Part shown: positions 27,790 to 41,370 of the stretch, one piece after another | Numbering within the stretch: the first letter of the stretch is position 1 | Layout: every line of letters starts with the position of its first letter | From: Octopus sinensis | Taxonomy: Eukaryota | Length of the DNA stretch: 64,000 bases | Direction of reading: 5' to 3' | Assembly (NCBI RefSeq): GCF_006345805.1 | Contig: NC_043015.1 | Location: 9,176,001 to 9,240,000, forward strand | The notes under the pieces: generated by a model | Databases searched by the model: none | The model's input: only the letters and a program-made list of their open reading frames with translations | What the model was told of the DNA's origin: nothing | Position numbers and translations under genes: made by a program

Positions 27790-29462
27790 GATGTTCGGTG
27801 TCCTGTTTAACATTTATATATACGGTGCATCGGAAATCTGTAATGGCGTCATAATTACAACCTCGGCTATAAACTTGGAGCCCCAGTAATCCGTTACAGC
27901 ACTTACCTAGCGTACCTAATTGTTTAAATCAGCTGTTAACTAAACTTTGTAAACATACTTTGTAACCAACAGGTAGTACGAAAACAAAGGGGTTTAATAC
28001 GCATACAACGATGGAAGAAACAAGTAGAAAACATAACAAGTAACATAAAGAACGACACTTCATCATTAGTCAGCTGCCTATCTATTCCTCATTTTAAGCA
28101 TTGAACGACACTATGAGTCTTCGAAGCCAGTTGCCCTCACAAATACCAAAATGAAATTTGGGATTTATGGAGAGTCAAATGTTGGGGACAAAAGCAGGAA
28201 CGTGGAGGCATGCAAAGAAACCGAACGAAAACAAACATCGAGGGTTGTAAGACCAGAACACGTGTAAAATAGCGAACGCTGGAGAAATATTTTCTTTGAT
28301 AAGAGAAAAGATACAGGAGAGAGCTAGATAGGATACGTCCAGCCTCTACGACTTCCCCGAAAGGAAAATAAGTTGATCACGTTGGGAACAAGAAAGGTGG
28401 ACGAACGCCACGTGTGAGCAACGAGAGTAAAGGAGAAAGTGGTAGAGAGAGAGACATATACAAAACGGTGAAAGGGAGGAAAAAGGAATTAGCGAAAGGA
28501 TAAGAGAGAAAAAGATAAGGGAGAGGAGAGTATATAGTAGATTCGCATAAAAAAGATTAAGATAAACTTACTTGGAAATAGATTCGTGGCAGTCAATCAA
28601 ATAATATATATATAATATATTGTGTGTGTGGGGGGGGGGGGTTAGTTCGTGTGCTGCATGTGTGCGTGCGCCTGTATGAGTTGATTAGCTGGCAAATAAA
28701 CTGCGGAACAACATTGGGCACAACTTTAGGTTCTATATGAGATCTACCCGAGGTCGACTTTAGATTTCATATTTCGGATCGATAAAATAATTATTGGTCG
28801 GGGCAGAGGTCAATGTACTCGACAAATTCCATCTCAAATATCAGAGTAGAAAGAACATGTATCTACGTACGCATATGCGGTCACTTGTGAGCACTGCTTA
28901 CACCATGACATTCAATACAACTTGATGTTTAGTCGGGTCATCAGTAACCAAACTATAGCTGTATTCGAGAACGAGGAAGCGGTATCTATAGATACACCCA
29001 TACGCTTGAATACAAGCATGCACATACACATACACACACAGAGACACACATACATACATGCATATATATACATATAAGTTCAGTAAAATTTAGATTCCGT
29101 TGAATATGACACTTAAGTTAATGGCACCGGAATTATATTTATATAAAGCGGTGGAAGATACAGAATTTTCCTGATGAACGACCTTTGAGCACGCTGTAAT
29201 GGCAACACTTCCGCTATGATGAGTTTGGGCTAGGAGTGATTATACAGCTCTATACAATATTGTAAGCCTATGAATAATAGATCGATTAAAGTGTATAATT
29301 AACACGTTCTATTAAGCGACACTAACGCATCTATATCTTTCGCGTACGTACGATTTATACATTATGGGGAAAGAAGCAAAAATATTAATATATCATAATA
29401 GTTCGTGTTACATATATGTCAGTGCGTGCGAGCGCGTGTGTGCGAGTACATGTGTGTATGTT

Positions 29463-29497
<35 letters not shown>

Positions 29498-29718
29498 CTG
29501 TGTGTGTGAGTGTGTGTGTATATATATATATCTGTGTGTTTGAGTGTGTGTGTGAGCATAATTAAACAGAAAAGGGAAGAGATGAAGTTGTATTACCTTC
29601 GTACAGAATTATGGTTTCAGCCGGAAATCGAGGCATAAAAGAAGCATAAAATGATAGGCAATATTATACAGAGTTCGATGCAAAACATTTCTATGAAGTG
29701 GGATGTGTGCGAAAACGT

Positions 29719-29798
<80 letters not shown>

Positions 29799-30219
29799 AT
29801 ATAATACAAATGGGGGGACTAGAACGCAATCCATCCAGATAGACGATACAAAGAAAACAAGGACGGGTCATTCGGAGTTTTCTTTCCTAAGTCGAATTCC
29901 AGATTATGTTTGCAATTTCGGATGGTTATAATCGAGATTGCTCCAATCGGGCCAGCCTCAAGGTAAAACTAATCTAAGACCATTAGATTCCTTGGAGGAA
30001 AGCAGCGGGTATATACGAAAATGGAGCATATTAGACAAATACAAATAACAGGACATAAAAACAGGTGTCTTTCGACTAAGGACGAATTAAATTAAGCTGG
30101 CGTGTGTGGAAATAAAACCTCACGGCAGGGATACAAGATTTCAAATTTGGTCTATGAAAAGGGCTTGTGGTATTTTGCGAGTCGACTCCTTTTTTTATTT
30201 CATCACTAGCTTGTGATTA

Positions 30220-30266
30220 ACACACGCTGAGGACGAGTAACCAACCGGAAAATTGAGTCCGTATTT
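30220..30266 (+). ncRNA. Minimal type I hammerhead ribozyme, tandem copy 1
   Basis: ACACACG-CTGAGGA(30227-30233)-CGAGT AACCA ACCG-GAAA(30248-30251)-ATTGAG-TC-CGTATTT; predicted cleavage after 30259; stem III palindrome decayed. Confidence 0.65.
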
Positions 30267-30574
30267 ATCTCGTACGGCTAGAGATGGGAGCGTTGACCTC
30301 CTCATGCAAATAATAATCGGACACAATGTGTGTCGTTAGCCAGCTGGAAGAGATGTTTTATGGTGCTATAAAAACTCGGTAGCACTGTCCTGTATAGGAT
30401 ACCACATTTGGTTGGCGATTATATGTTATGATTCCGTACTGCTACTGTTTATATCTCGCTCAGAGATTTAATATATCTCATTTCTCTTTTTTAAAGATGA
30501 GCAACAGTTTGTCGCTGGAAAAAGCGTATAGTATTTTGCCGGAGGAATGCGTTTTCATCACTAGCTTGTGATTA

Positions 30575-30621
30575 ACACAAGCTGAGGACTAGGGACTACC
30601 CAGAAACTCGAGTCCGTGTGT
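30575..30621 (+). ncRNA. Minimal type I hammerhead ribozyme, tandem copy 2
   Basis: ACACAAG-CTGAGGA(30582-30588)-CTA GGG ACTA CCC A-GAAA(30603-30606)-CTCGAG-TC-CGTGTGT; perfect palindrome ACTCGAGT; GUC site, predicted cleavage after 30614; stem II base imperfect. Confidence 0.75.
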
Positions 30622-30954
30622 ATCACGTAAGGCTAGATATGGGAGCAATGACCTCTCCTAGCAAATACTAATGGGACACAGAATGTGTGTCGTTAGCCAG
30701 CTGAAAGATATATCTTGAGTCTATAAACGTCAGTATCACTGTCCTGTATAGGACGCGGCACAAGGTTAGCAATAAGATGTTACGCTACCTATATATATAT
30801 ACAGCGCAACATATTATTGCCAACCAAGAGCCGCCAAACATTTTTCAAAGGATTTATAATAGTGTTAGCTCTTTGTGAAATATCACGCATTTCATTAGTA
30901 AAATAAAAACATTAGGTATATATACATTATTTAGATTTGACGGATATTTGTCCG

Positions 30955-31027
30955 GTGGGCATATGACGTAGTCGTTAACAGCACGGGCTACTAAACCCAA
31001 GATTCCAACTTCAATTATAGGCAGTCA

Positions 31028-31115
<88 letters not shown>

Positions 31116-31330
31116 AATAATAATAATAGTAATGATGATAATAAAACATTGAAAAAAAATCTGAGCAGTGAGAACACAGTTTCGAAATTTCTCCATGACA
31201 TCTGATGAAGGCTGGATGGTATATCAGCCGAAACGTTGTGTTTACAACAAACAAGATGAGGACAAATATCAGTCAAATATCAATAAAGTAAATAACGTAC
31301 CTAATTCCTTATCTCTTAAATATGGAACTG
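30955..31330 (+). mobile_element. Composite SINE: tRNA-derived head + (AAT)n + hammerhead-containing tail
   Basis: Head GGGCATATGACGTAGTCGTTAACAGCACGGGCTACTAAACCCAAGATTCCAACTTCAATT (degenerate A/B boxes, homologous to 12420), (AAT)n 31033-31143, HHR 31197-31242. The tail segment 31260-31290 is also present inverted at 30923-30953. Confidence 0.75.
31197..31242 (+). ncRNA. Minimal type I hammerhead ribozyme in the SINE tail
   Basis: GACAT-CTGATGA(31202-31208)-A-GGCTG...CAGCC-GAAA(31230-31233)-C-GTT-GTGTT; 5-bp stem II, palindrome AACGTT, stem I GACAT/GTGTT with two G.U pairs. Confidence 0.75.
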
Positions 31331-31561
31331 TAGTATGCAAATATATTTGCGTTAATTTCGTCCGAAGAAAATATTTGACATACATTAAATTCTTGTAGGG
31401 ACTTGTATAGATATTTGCGTTTATTGTAATTTTTTCGTAGAGTGTAATATATAGGGCAATACGTTAGAAATGCTGTTCTTTACTAGAAAAAAATACAATA
31501 GACGTGCTATTCTGAATTGCCTGTAATGTGTACGATAGTAAAAGCATAACAAAAATGAATA

Positions 31562-31745
<184 letters not shown>

Positions 31746-32576
31746 TTATTGCATATAAATGCTTCAATACATTCGCCCGATCGGTTAAACACTTTAATGT
31801 TAAAGATCTGTGATGCGTTCGACTGCGGAGGTATACAATGATGACGAAATTTTACGGTATTTCAATCTCACTAACTTAATTCAATAGAATTCTGAGTCGT
31901 TCTGAGTTGTCCATCATTCTCGTAATTATTAATGGTGTATAGTGATTATATATATCAAATTTGCCTGAGAGGTAGTCTTGTTTTAATGAAGAATACTAAC
32001 ACACATTCTAGACAAAATACAGTGAATAGATTTCTTCCGGGCTTAAATATTCTTCAAGAATATTTGAACTGGTAACCAGTTGATGTATGTATGTCTGTGT
32101 TTGTCCCCAACTATCATTTATCAGCTATGGTTGGAGTGGTTACGTCCCCATTAACATAGCAGTTCGACATAAGGCACCGATAGACTATGTACTAGGTATT
32201 GCTCCTGCATGGCTGTTCTAATAGGACAGAGACAAATTAAAGAATCATCGTAAAAGTGTATATATATATATTATATATATATGCATGTATATACATATAT
32301 ACAAATACACACACATATATACAAATATATATGTGCGTGCGTGTGTGTGTGTGTGTCTTTGTTTACATATATATGTGTGTTTGTTTATATTTATATTATA
32401 TTTGAACGAAATTTAAGCAACGTAACGTGTGCCATTTTTCTCCGGCTCTGCGTTATTGTGTTCATTTTATGATAGAGGCATTTATTTATTCCATACATAT
32501 AAACTGTTACGCTAAACAGCAAGTAAAACTAACCACGAAAGTTAAAATGATGTGTTTGTATATACATATATATATA

Positions 32577-32620
<44 letters not shown>

Positions 32621-33020
32621 TTTGCATGTATTTATGGGGTGCATAGCCAGTATCTAAATTATCATTTCCCATTCAAGATATAACTGTTGTGATCCCAGTT
32701 TTTGGCAGTAAAGCATAGATATCACTCTTAGGTTATGTATAATAATAGTCATATAATGTGTCTTAACCGTTTCCATGTACAATGTTCCACAGCTGTATTG
32801 AAAATATAATTTATAACTCCCTTGTTACATCGTATTCCAAGGTGATTTTGTAATAGAATGTACTTAAAAGTACACAGTTCGGTGGTCTATTTTCCCAAAA
32901 CCTTAAACACGAATAAAATAGTATATCTGCAATCACGACCAAGTGTGACCTATGTCTCTACTCCCCCTCTCTCTCCCAATCTCTCTCACTCTGTTTCAGT
33001 GGGTTAAAATTCTCAACCAA

Positions 33021-33059
<39 letters not shown>

Positions 33060-34529
33060 CTATAGAATTGCAGACAAATTATTTGAAGAGAGATAAGATC
33101 GAATTTTAAATTACCTTATTGTTAATAACAAAGTAATATAGCTTGTCTTTCGATATGCATATATAATTTAGAGCACAAACACTTCCGTTAGTCTATTAGC
33201 ATCAATTTTACGCTTTTTTTTTCTCCTTTCGAAGAACAAATCTAATGATAAATTTGATTATAAATCAATATTCATAGTCAGTAAGTCTATGATTTCTTAA
33301 TTGCGTTATATTACAAATATAGAATTTAATAAAAGAAGTCAGATGTCAAATTAATGACGTGAATCTGATTTTTCGACTTATTCACATGCCCAAACAAGCT
33401 CACCTATAATTTCAAATTCAAAATCAGAATCTAGCACATATTATATTAACCAAATCTCCCTCGTATCTATCCTAATAAAAGACAGAGCCTGGTAGCAGTG
33501 GCCACAATTTATACAATTGCTCTCGTATTCTAAAGAATGAACGAATATTTAGTCGATATCGCAAAAGTGAGGCCAAAAATTTTGAGATGCCTCGTTTCAC
33601 TCTTTTCCCGTCTCTCCTTCGAGGCTAAGAATTTATACTTTGATAAATATTTCACAGTAGAGAAATATATAGCGATAGAGAGTACATGCATATATCAACA
33701 ATGAATAACAGCCAAATTCCAGTACTACATTATTTGCGAAATGGTATTTATTCATGGTATTTATCAAACAAATGTTTCTTAATAGACGCGGAGTGAGATA
33801 AAATCCTCGATCATTGGTGCAATAGCAGAATCTTCAGTGCGTGTTTTTGCATCTTCGTGAACGTTTATACGAATATATATGTGTATATGTGTATGTATAT
33901 GCATATATTAATACATATGCGTATACATTGTCACATACACACACACACACACACACACACAGAGGCGTGTATATAAGAACAAGTCACATGCACGCACACA
34001 GGAATACACACAAACAGACATAAAATCAACACACAAATAAACGCCCACAGAAAGAGAAAGAAAGAAATAGAGAGAAAGAAAAAAGAAATAAAAAGAAAGA
34101 AAGGAAGAGAGAAACGGACAGGCAAGCAGAGAGATAGATATCAGGATATACACAGATAATCAGTGAAGGAGAGTGTGAAATGCTAGATTAGTATCTGAGA
34201 TAAATATTTGTTAAAATCTTTGAACAATCTAAGTGGGAAGTTTCTAATAATTATAGAACGTTGTGACAATAAATGTAAATACAGGAGGGAAAAAAAATTG
34301 AATTACCATACATTTGGTTTGCATTTCTGTTACCTTCATTTATAAGAAAATGCATATGATTAACATGTTTAGAGTAATGTTTTCGTTGCATGCAAGTATG
34401 AAAAGCGGTGTTAATGATTTTAAATGTTTGTGCTATTTAGTGCAAACACGTACACACACAAATGAACATACGAACATATACACGCGGAAACGCGCTCACA
34501 CACTTATATATTTACATACATATGTGTAA

Positions 34530-34562
<33 letters not shown>

Positions 34563-34744
34563 ACATGTGTGTGTCTTCGTGTGGATATGTATATATATAT
34601 ATACAATGGGCTTCATTCAGTCTAACAAATGCACCAAAAATTGCATCGTAGGACAGGGTTAAAATAGAGGACACTACGCCGAGGCGTAGCAGAATTGAAT
34701 CCGGGAACATGTTGTCGGGAAGCAAGCTTTTCAAGACACAAACT

Positions 34745-34783
<39 letters not shown>

Positions 34784-34974
34784 ACTTCTAATGTAACGAT
34801 CATGCCATTTTTAGAGACCTTATTCCAGCCATGTTTTCTTTGTTCTGTGTTTATTTCAGAATTGATAATGGCTTTCGACATAGTTTCTTGTGTCAAATTC
34901 AGAATACTTTCGATACATAATTTGTGTTTTCGTTTAAAATTTCATAAAATTTGCGCTTTTACTCTGCCTGTATA

Positions 34975-35372
34975 CTCTTTTACTCTTTTACTTGTTTCAG
35001 TCATTTGACTGCGGCCATGCTGGAGCACCGCCTTCCAGTCGAGCAAATCGACCCCGGGACTTATTCTTTGTAAGCCCAGTACTTATTTTATCGGTCTCCC
35101 TTGCCGAACCGCTAAGTAACGGGGACGTAAACACACCAGCATCGGTTGTCAAGCAATGCTAGGGGGACAAACACAGACACACAAACACATACACAGACAC
35201 ATATATATACATATATACGACATGCTTCTTTCAGTTTCCGTCTACCAAATCCACTCACAAGGCATTGGTCGGCCCGGGGCTATAGCAGAAGACACTTGCC
35301 CAAGATGCCACGCAGTGGGACTGAACCCGGAACCATGTGGCTGGTTAGCAAGCTACTTACCACACAGCCACT
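34975..35372 (-). mobile_element. tRNA-derived SINE family B
   Basis: Near full-length homolog of 8555-8981. A partial copy lies at about 34565-34740. Confidence 0.9.
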
Positions 35373-36423
35373 ATATCTATTCTGGTACATAAAACAGTCC
35401 TACATATTGAACTTTTCAAACGCTAATTTTTTATTGAATTGATATTTCCGATGTATATATACGGCGGTGCATCTGCATGGCCGCAGCTCTGAGCTGAGAC
35501 AAGAAGAAAAATACACTGCAAGAATTTCATATTAAGTAATGATCCCTGAGAATGAACTTGTAGGTCAGATATACGTGAATTAAAGTGTATAGGCACACGA
35601 TATTTTGTGTCTTAACGATCGCTCCGAAATATATTTGTGTAACAAAATAAACAGCGCTTTTTGCAATATTAAAACTATTTATTACCACTTATGCAAATCA
35701 ATCGGAATTTAGGAACGTACGACTAATTATTTATTAGAAAAGGTTTTAAAATTAATTGGCATCATGGTGCTGCACGTTAATTGCTTTCAATACTGACAGC
35801 ACTAATTAATACATATATTTCTCGAATTGTGTCTGTTTCAGGCGCATGTTAAAGGAACAATTAATTATATAATGGTTAAAGTTTAATTTTCACTGAATAA
35901 TAAATAAAGCAGTTGCACACAACTGATCTAGATAGCTCTTAGAAATGAATCGGAGGATTTGCAGTAGTGACTCACATATTTGCTCATAAAATTATGACAA
36001 TTTAGAATTGTATTTTATGTGAGGATATAAACTACGACAATCTCATTTTCATAAACATTACTAAAGAGAAAACTATTATTCAGGTTTATATTATAAAGGA
36101 AAACTATTATTTAGTATTGGTTCAACGAGATATTTGATAGCAATCAAATTGCCTCTAAAACGATATAAATTAGTTTGGTGTCATCCTGGAACTTCTGTAA
36201 ATGTAATCAAGCATTCGGTCGGTTGTAAATTTTATGCGATCCAAAAATTGTAGCAGAATTTGAACGCGCAAAATATTGGAGAAATGGTAACATGTTTTAG
36301 TAACAAACCATAAGATATATGCACAAGCAGAGAAATACACTCGTAGTAGTATACTAATAAACAAACACACACACACACACACACAAATTGACACACACGT
36401 ACACACACACAAATTGGCATACA

Positions 36424-36466
<43 letters not shown>

Positions 36467-37674
36467 GCGCGCGCTCATGAATGCATGTTTCAATGTGTCT
36501 GTATGTCCGAGGTCTGACAGATAGGGTTTATATATGTTTGAATATATGTACTGGTGTGTTTTGTCAATGTTAGGTTCACATATAGAGAAGCATAACTAGG
36601 TATACCTGATATTAAAATTCTTGAATAGGCAACTGATTATGCTCTTGTTTCCTTTGGAAGCATGTTCCCTGTGATATAGAGGGAAATCAAAGAAATCACT
36701 ACGAGAAGAAATGAATTGTATTGATATGTCAAACATCAAAAATCAACATCCTCCTTTTCTTCAGCATCATCATCATAATTATCATCACTAACCTCAGGAT
36801 CGTCTGGATGAGAGTCATCATAGATGTAACAACCAGCACAAACAACGACTACAGAGAAGAGAATCAAACAAAAAAGAGCAAAAATATCAGAAGGAAAGCA
36901 AATCAGCATTTAAATATAAAGGTAGTACTAACTAGAAAATCGTATTATAACATTAAAGCTACGTATATATGAAATTCGTAAAAAAGAATCGTGTTGAATT
37001 AGGATAATCACGAGATAAACATCGCAATAAATCTCCTCGAATAAGAAAAAATAACAGAATAAAAAAGGTCAAGTATTATTATCATCACAAAATTGAACAT
37101 TTTTGAGGGACTTTTTGCCAAAATCTAGCAGTTTTGTCAGTATTTATACTAATATCAATGCTAATAAAACTACTACGCACCCACAAATACTGGAATAAGA
37201 ATATATCAGTGGCGCTGTCGAAAACACCTGTCATTAATGTAAGGTCAATAAAGTGAGCGACATCATGAATGGTATAGAAAAAAAGGTAATCAGAGGAAGA
37301 ACATTGTCATATATTTGAAACAAGGAGAATAAGAAAAAATGTTTTCGTCATAAGAACGGGAAAACAAACACCACTTCTTTATGTACGACCAAAAAACAAA
37401 ACAAAAAAATCCCCAGCTCAATTGATAACGAATAATAACTACCATGTATCTTACTGAAGATTGGTAGGTATATGTATCTTTAATATGGGTTTAGTATTGA
37501 TTTAATAACTATTGTACACCTAACAACATTGAGAAACAGATGTGAAAATATGGAATAAAATTCTCCTCTTTCACAACGCTGCCGTTATCTGTTCTCTGTC
37601 TGTCTAGCTGTCTGTCTCTTTCACCGTCTCTCTCTCTCACCCTGTTTCTATCTATATATCTCTGTCTGTCTCCC

Positions 37675-38030
37675 TCGGGCGTGGATGTGTGGTAAGAAGC
37701 CTCCTTCCAAACCACACGGTTCCGAGTTCAATTTATCTCACGGCAACTTGGGGAAGTGCCATCTGCTATAGCATCGGCCGACCATAGGCGTATATGTTAG
37801 ATTCCTAGACGGAAATTGGAAGAAGTCCGCCGAAGATATATGTATATGAGCGTGTGTGTGCGCTTATGTCTGCGTACGTGTGTGAACGCATGTGTGTGCC
37901 TTTCTATATGTGTTTGTCCTGCACTAACACTTGCCAACCGGTGTTCATGTGTTGACGTTCCCGTTAGTTGGCGGTTAGGTAAAACAGACTTAGAATAAGT
38001 ACCAGGCTTAGAATAAGTCCCCACCACCAC
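37675..38030 (+). mobile_element. tRNA-derived SINE family B (diverged)
   Basis: GTGGATGTGTGGTAAGAAGC...CACGGTTCCGAGTTCAAT head, TAGACGGAAATTGGAAGAAG core, internal TG repeat. Confidence 0.8.
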
Positions 38031-39324
38031 CCCAAATTTAAGTACTGGGGTACATTCATTTAGCTGAATATAAACACACACATAAATATACATATATATG
38101 GGGGTGCGTGTCAAATACCTAGATTAGATTCATATATATCTGAATGTACAAAGGTTCTATGTTTTTGGGTATGGTCCTAATTATTTCTGATTAAAACTAC
38201 CCCCGTGATATATACTTGTTACGAGACAAAACATCTACACATGAAATCTGCTTAGAAATAAAGAACGGTACCTGATTATATGACACGATACTTTCCATAT
38301 ATTCATACGTTCGTCCTATACACCCTCTCTGCAATTAAAAAGGAATTGAAACTGATGAAATGTCGATGAGAATTAAGGAAATTTTAGCTTGTTCAACTAC
38401 TTTTCTTCCACTGTTATTCAACAATGCCACTCTCTGATTCTACAAAGAATTGGAAATATTTTGTTAAGCACAGTTTTTTTTTTTTGTTATAGTTGTTTAA
38501 AATTCTAAAATTATCATTGGGAGGGGATACTTTTCTATAAACATTTCAGATTTTACTGTTATTTATCTTTCGCTATTATTGTTCTTCGTATTCTGCTTTT
38601 TCAGTTCTAGCTTTCAGCGTTGTGGTTTATTTTGGTTGTTTGTGATTCGGTCTTTTGTTCTGAGTTAATGATCTGCAACTCGTTTGTATTTATATGAAAA
38701 GAAATAACTATATTTTCTGTTAATCAATAAGAGTTCATAATGACAAAAAGTATTATTGGTGCTCTACAAGTATATCGAAGCAAATTATGATGCTTGTGGT
38801 TTGGACCTTATTTGTAATACAAATGGAAACCGCAGAATACATAGTACTAGTTAAAACGAGCACTGTGTAGTAGTTTCTGTTGATCATCGTTGGACTAAGG
38901 CATTTTCATTACTTGGATATTATTTAGCTTGTTAGTGAGATAACAAAGAAGTTGAGTTTTAATTAAATTGCAATATAGAAATGGATGGTGTGAGTAATGT
39001 ATATAAACGATTAAACTACACTTCTTTTAAATATTGTTAAATATGTCTTCTAATTGCCGTGTAGGCACATGCAATATTCTAAGCTTAAATAGCTGTATGG
39101 AGTTATTTAGTTGATCAGCCTGTGTAAATATTTTAGTTTCTCTAAGTGAGATATTTAGAAAATGGTGTTTCAGATGAATTCAGTAGTACTGCTGATACGG
39201 ATATATACTGAAATAATTAAACAAGAGAGAATAATAGAATGAACTTCAAGGTTGATGTGTTAAATAATCATAGAATGTTCCTATGAAGTAATTTAAAGAG
39301 CTGTTTATATTCAGTGAAGACTAA

Positions 39325-39897
39325 CGCGGTGAGCTGGTAGAAAAGTTAGCAGGCCGGGCGAAATGCTTAGCGGTAGTTCATCTGCTGTTACGTTCTGCGT
39401 TCAAATTCTGCTGAGGTCGACTTTGCCTTTCATCCTTTCGGGCTCGATAAATTAAGAACCAGTTAAGCACTGGGGTCAATGTAATCGACTTAATACCTTT
39501 GTATGTCCTTGTTTGTCCCCTCTATGTTTCGCCCCTTGTTTGTAATAATTGTAATAAAGAAATAGGTATTTCGTCTGCCGCTATGTTCTGAGTTCAAATT
39601 CCACCGAGTTCGACTTTGCCTTTCATCGTTTAGGGGTCGATTAAATAAGTTCCAGTTGCGCACTGGTGTCGATATAACCAACTTGTTCTGTTTGTCTGTC
39701 CTTATTTGTCCTCTCTGTGTTTAGCCCATTGTGGGCAGTAAAGAAATAGGTATATCGTTTGTCTTTTACGTTCTGAATCCAAATTCTGCTGAGGTCGACT
39801 TTACCTTTCATCCTTTCGGGACCGATAAATTAAGTACCAGTTGCGTACAGGAGTCGATCTAAAAATTTTGGGACTTGTGCAATGAGTAGAAAAGAAT
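39325..39897 (+). mobile_element. tRNA-derived SINE family A, trimeric copy
   Basis: GCGGTGAGCTGGTAGAAAAG...GTTCAAATTCTGCTGAGGTCGACTTTGCCTTTCATCCTTTCGG; core repeated three times, joined by TAAAGAAATAGGTAT. Confidence 0.9.
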
Positions 39898-41099
39898 ATA
39901 TATAATAGTATAGTTCATTCTGATGCAAATCACTGCTATAACTCGAAATAAGATATATGTACATGTGTGAATGTCTATGTTAGCAAGTGTATGTATGCAT
40001 ATACATAAATGTGTGTGTGAGAGAGAGAGAGTGTGTGTGAAATATAGGGTGATAGAGAGAGAAGGAAAGTAAGAGAGAGAGGTGATAATAATTCCAGAAA
40101 GTCTATGTAGATATGTATAATGTTTAGGGGCTTACATAAAAGTAGTTTAGAAAGGATATCGGGACGCATAAAACACGAGATGAAAATTCTTATGCTTGCA
40201 AAGCATCGATTCGTTTGATGGATACACCAACATACAAGGCTGAGGGGGATGTACCATCATTTCGTTAGAAAGTTGAAAGCTGACGAGCGTCGTTTTAAAC
40301 ATATTACATTGGATATTTACCGAAAGACTCATCAAATGTCGATGATATACCGAGTGTAACAGCAAAATTACTACGATCACAAATTCTCAAGATTTCTTAA
40401 AATCATTAAACATCGATTAGCAATTATCCATTTATCTAAATATGACATCTGGCCATACTGACAACAGTTTCTGTAAGAATCAGTGATATACCAATTGAGA
40501 TATTTAGTTAGAAAGAGAACAGGCTGAAATCGTTTTATAGTAGCGTCACCATGTATTCGAAAGTGTGTCATGTTGACAGGGCTAAGATCATCCAGAGTAA
40601 TGTTGAGAAAGCTAAGATCACACTAGTGATGGTACCAACACTCATTATCTGGCTTCCATCTTCAAAGTCAATTCAAGAACCATAAATAAATTTGAGAAGG
40701 AGGAAATAGTGGAATCAGGAAGTCATAACAGCTAGAGGGATTACCATTTCAATCTAGAGCTGAAGAGATTAACCTGAAGAAATTCATCGCAATCCATTTG
40801 ATGTTTGGCAAGTAACAGAGGTGTTTCATATATGAAGGTTAAAAAGATGTTGATAGAATACTTGTACAGGAAATCATATGGTGACCTGTGAGACAACGTG
40901 TTACTCCAGAACAAAAGGTTAAAAGGTTTGAGAGGGTGTAGATCACCTAGAAGAAAGTGAAACATAATCCTGGCGTGATCTGTTACACAAAGATGAGTGC
41001 CTGCGAAAGGTACACACGCAACCAGACGTAACAGCTGCGTTTTGGCTTCACCTCCTCAGCAAAAGCTTCCAGGTGCAGAAACCCTGAAAACCTGATTAT

Positions 41100-41340
41100 T
41101 TTTCTACTCTGGGCACAAGGCCCGAAATTATGGGGAAGGGGCAGTCGATTAGATCGATTCCAGTAAGCAACTGGTACTTACGTTATCGACCCCGAAAGGA
41201 AGAAAGGTAAAGTCGACCTCGGCGGTATTTGAACTCAGAATGGAAAGACAGACGAAATATTGCTAAGCATTTTGCTCAGCATGCTAAAATATCTGCCAGC
41301 TCGCCGCAATTAAATATTCTTTTTCAACGCTAGGCACAAG
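41100..41340 (-). mobile_element. tRNA-derived SINE family A, monomer
   Basis: TTTTCTACTCTGGGCACAAGGCCCGAAA...CGACCCCGAAAGG...GACCTCGGCGGTATTTGAACTCAGAA...CTGCCAGCTCGCC on the plus strand. Confidence 0.85.
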
Positions 41341-41370
41341 GCCTGTCAACTTGAGGGTGGCGGCCAGTCG

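Larger units (their letters stand above)
30150..30800 (+). repeat. Tandem ~355-bp repeat (about 1.8 units), one hammerhead per unit
   Basis: TTTCATCACTAGCTTGTGATTAACAC starts at about 30198 and about 30553; GTGTGTCGTTAGCCAGCTG and CACTGTCCTGTATAGGA are shared; CTGAGGA at 30227 and 30582. Confidence 0.9.

Noticed and set aside
29860-29900. Minus-strand CTTAGGA...CCGAATGACCCGTC hammerhead-like string
   Set aside because: Both boxes deviate (CUUAGGA, GAAU) and stem II does not pair.
40140-40600. Possible RT remnant (LDIYRKTH)
   Set aside because: Single weak motif; surrounding frames give no supporting RT motifs.
41020-41065. Minus-strand CTGAGGA-GG..CC-AAAA hammerhead-like motif
   Set aside because: 2-bp stem II, GAAA lost and stem I unpaired; too weak to list as a feature.
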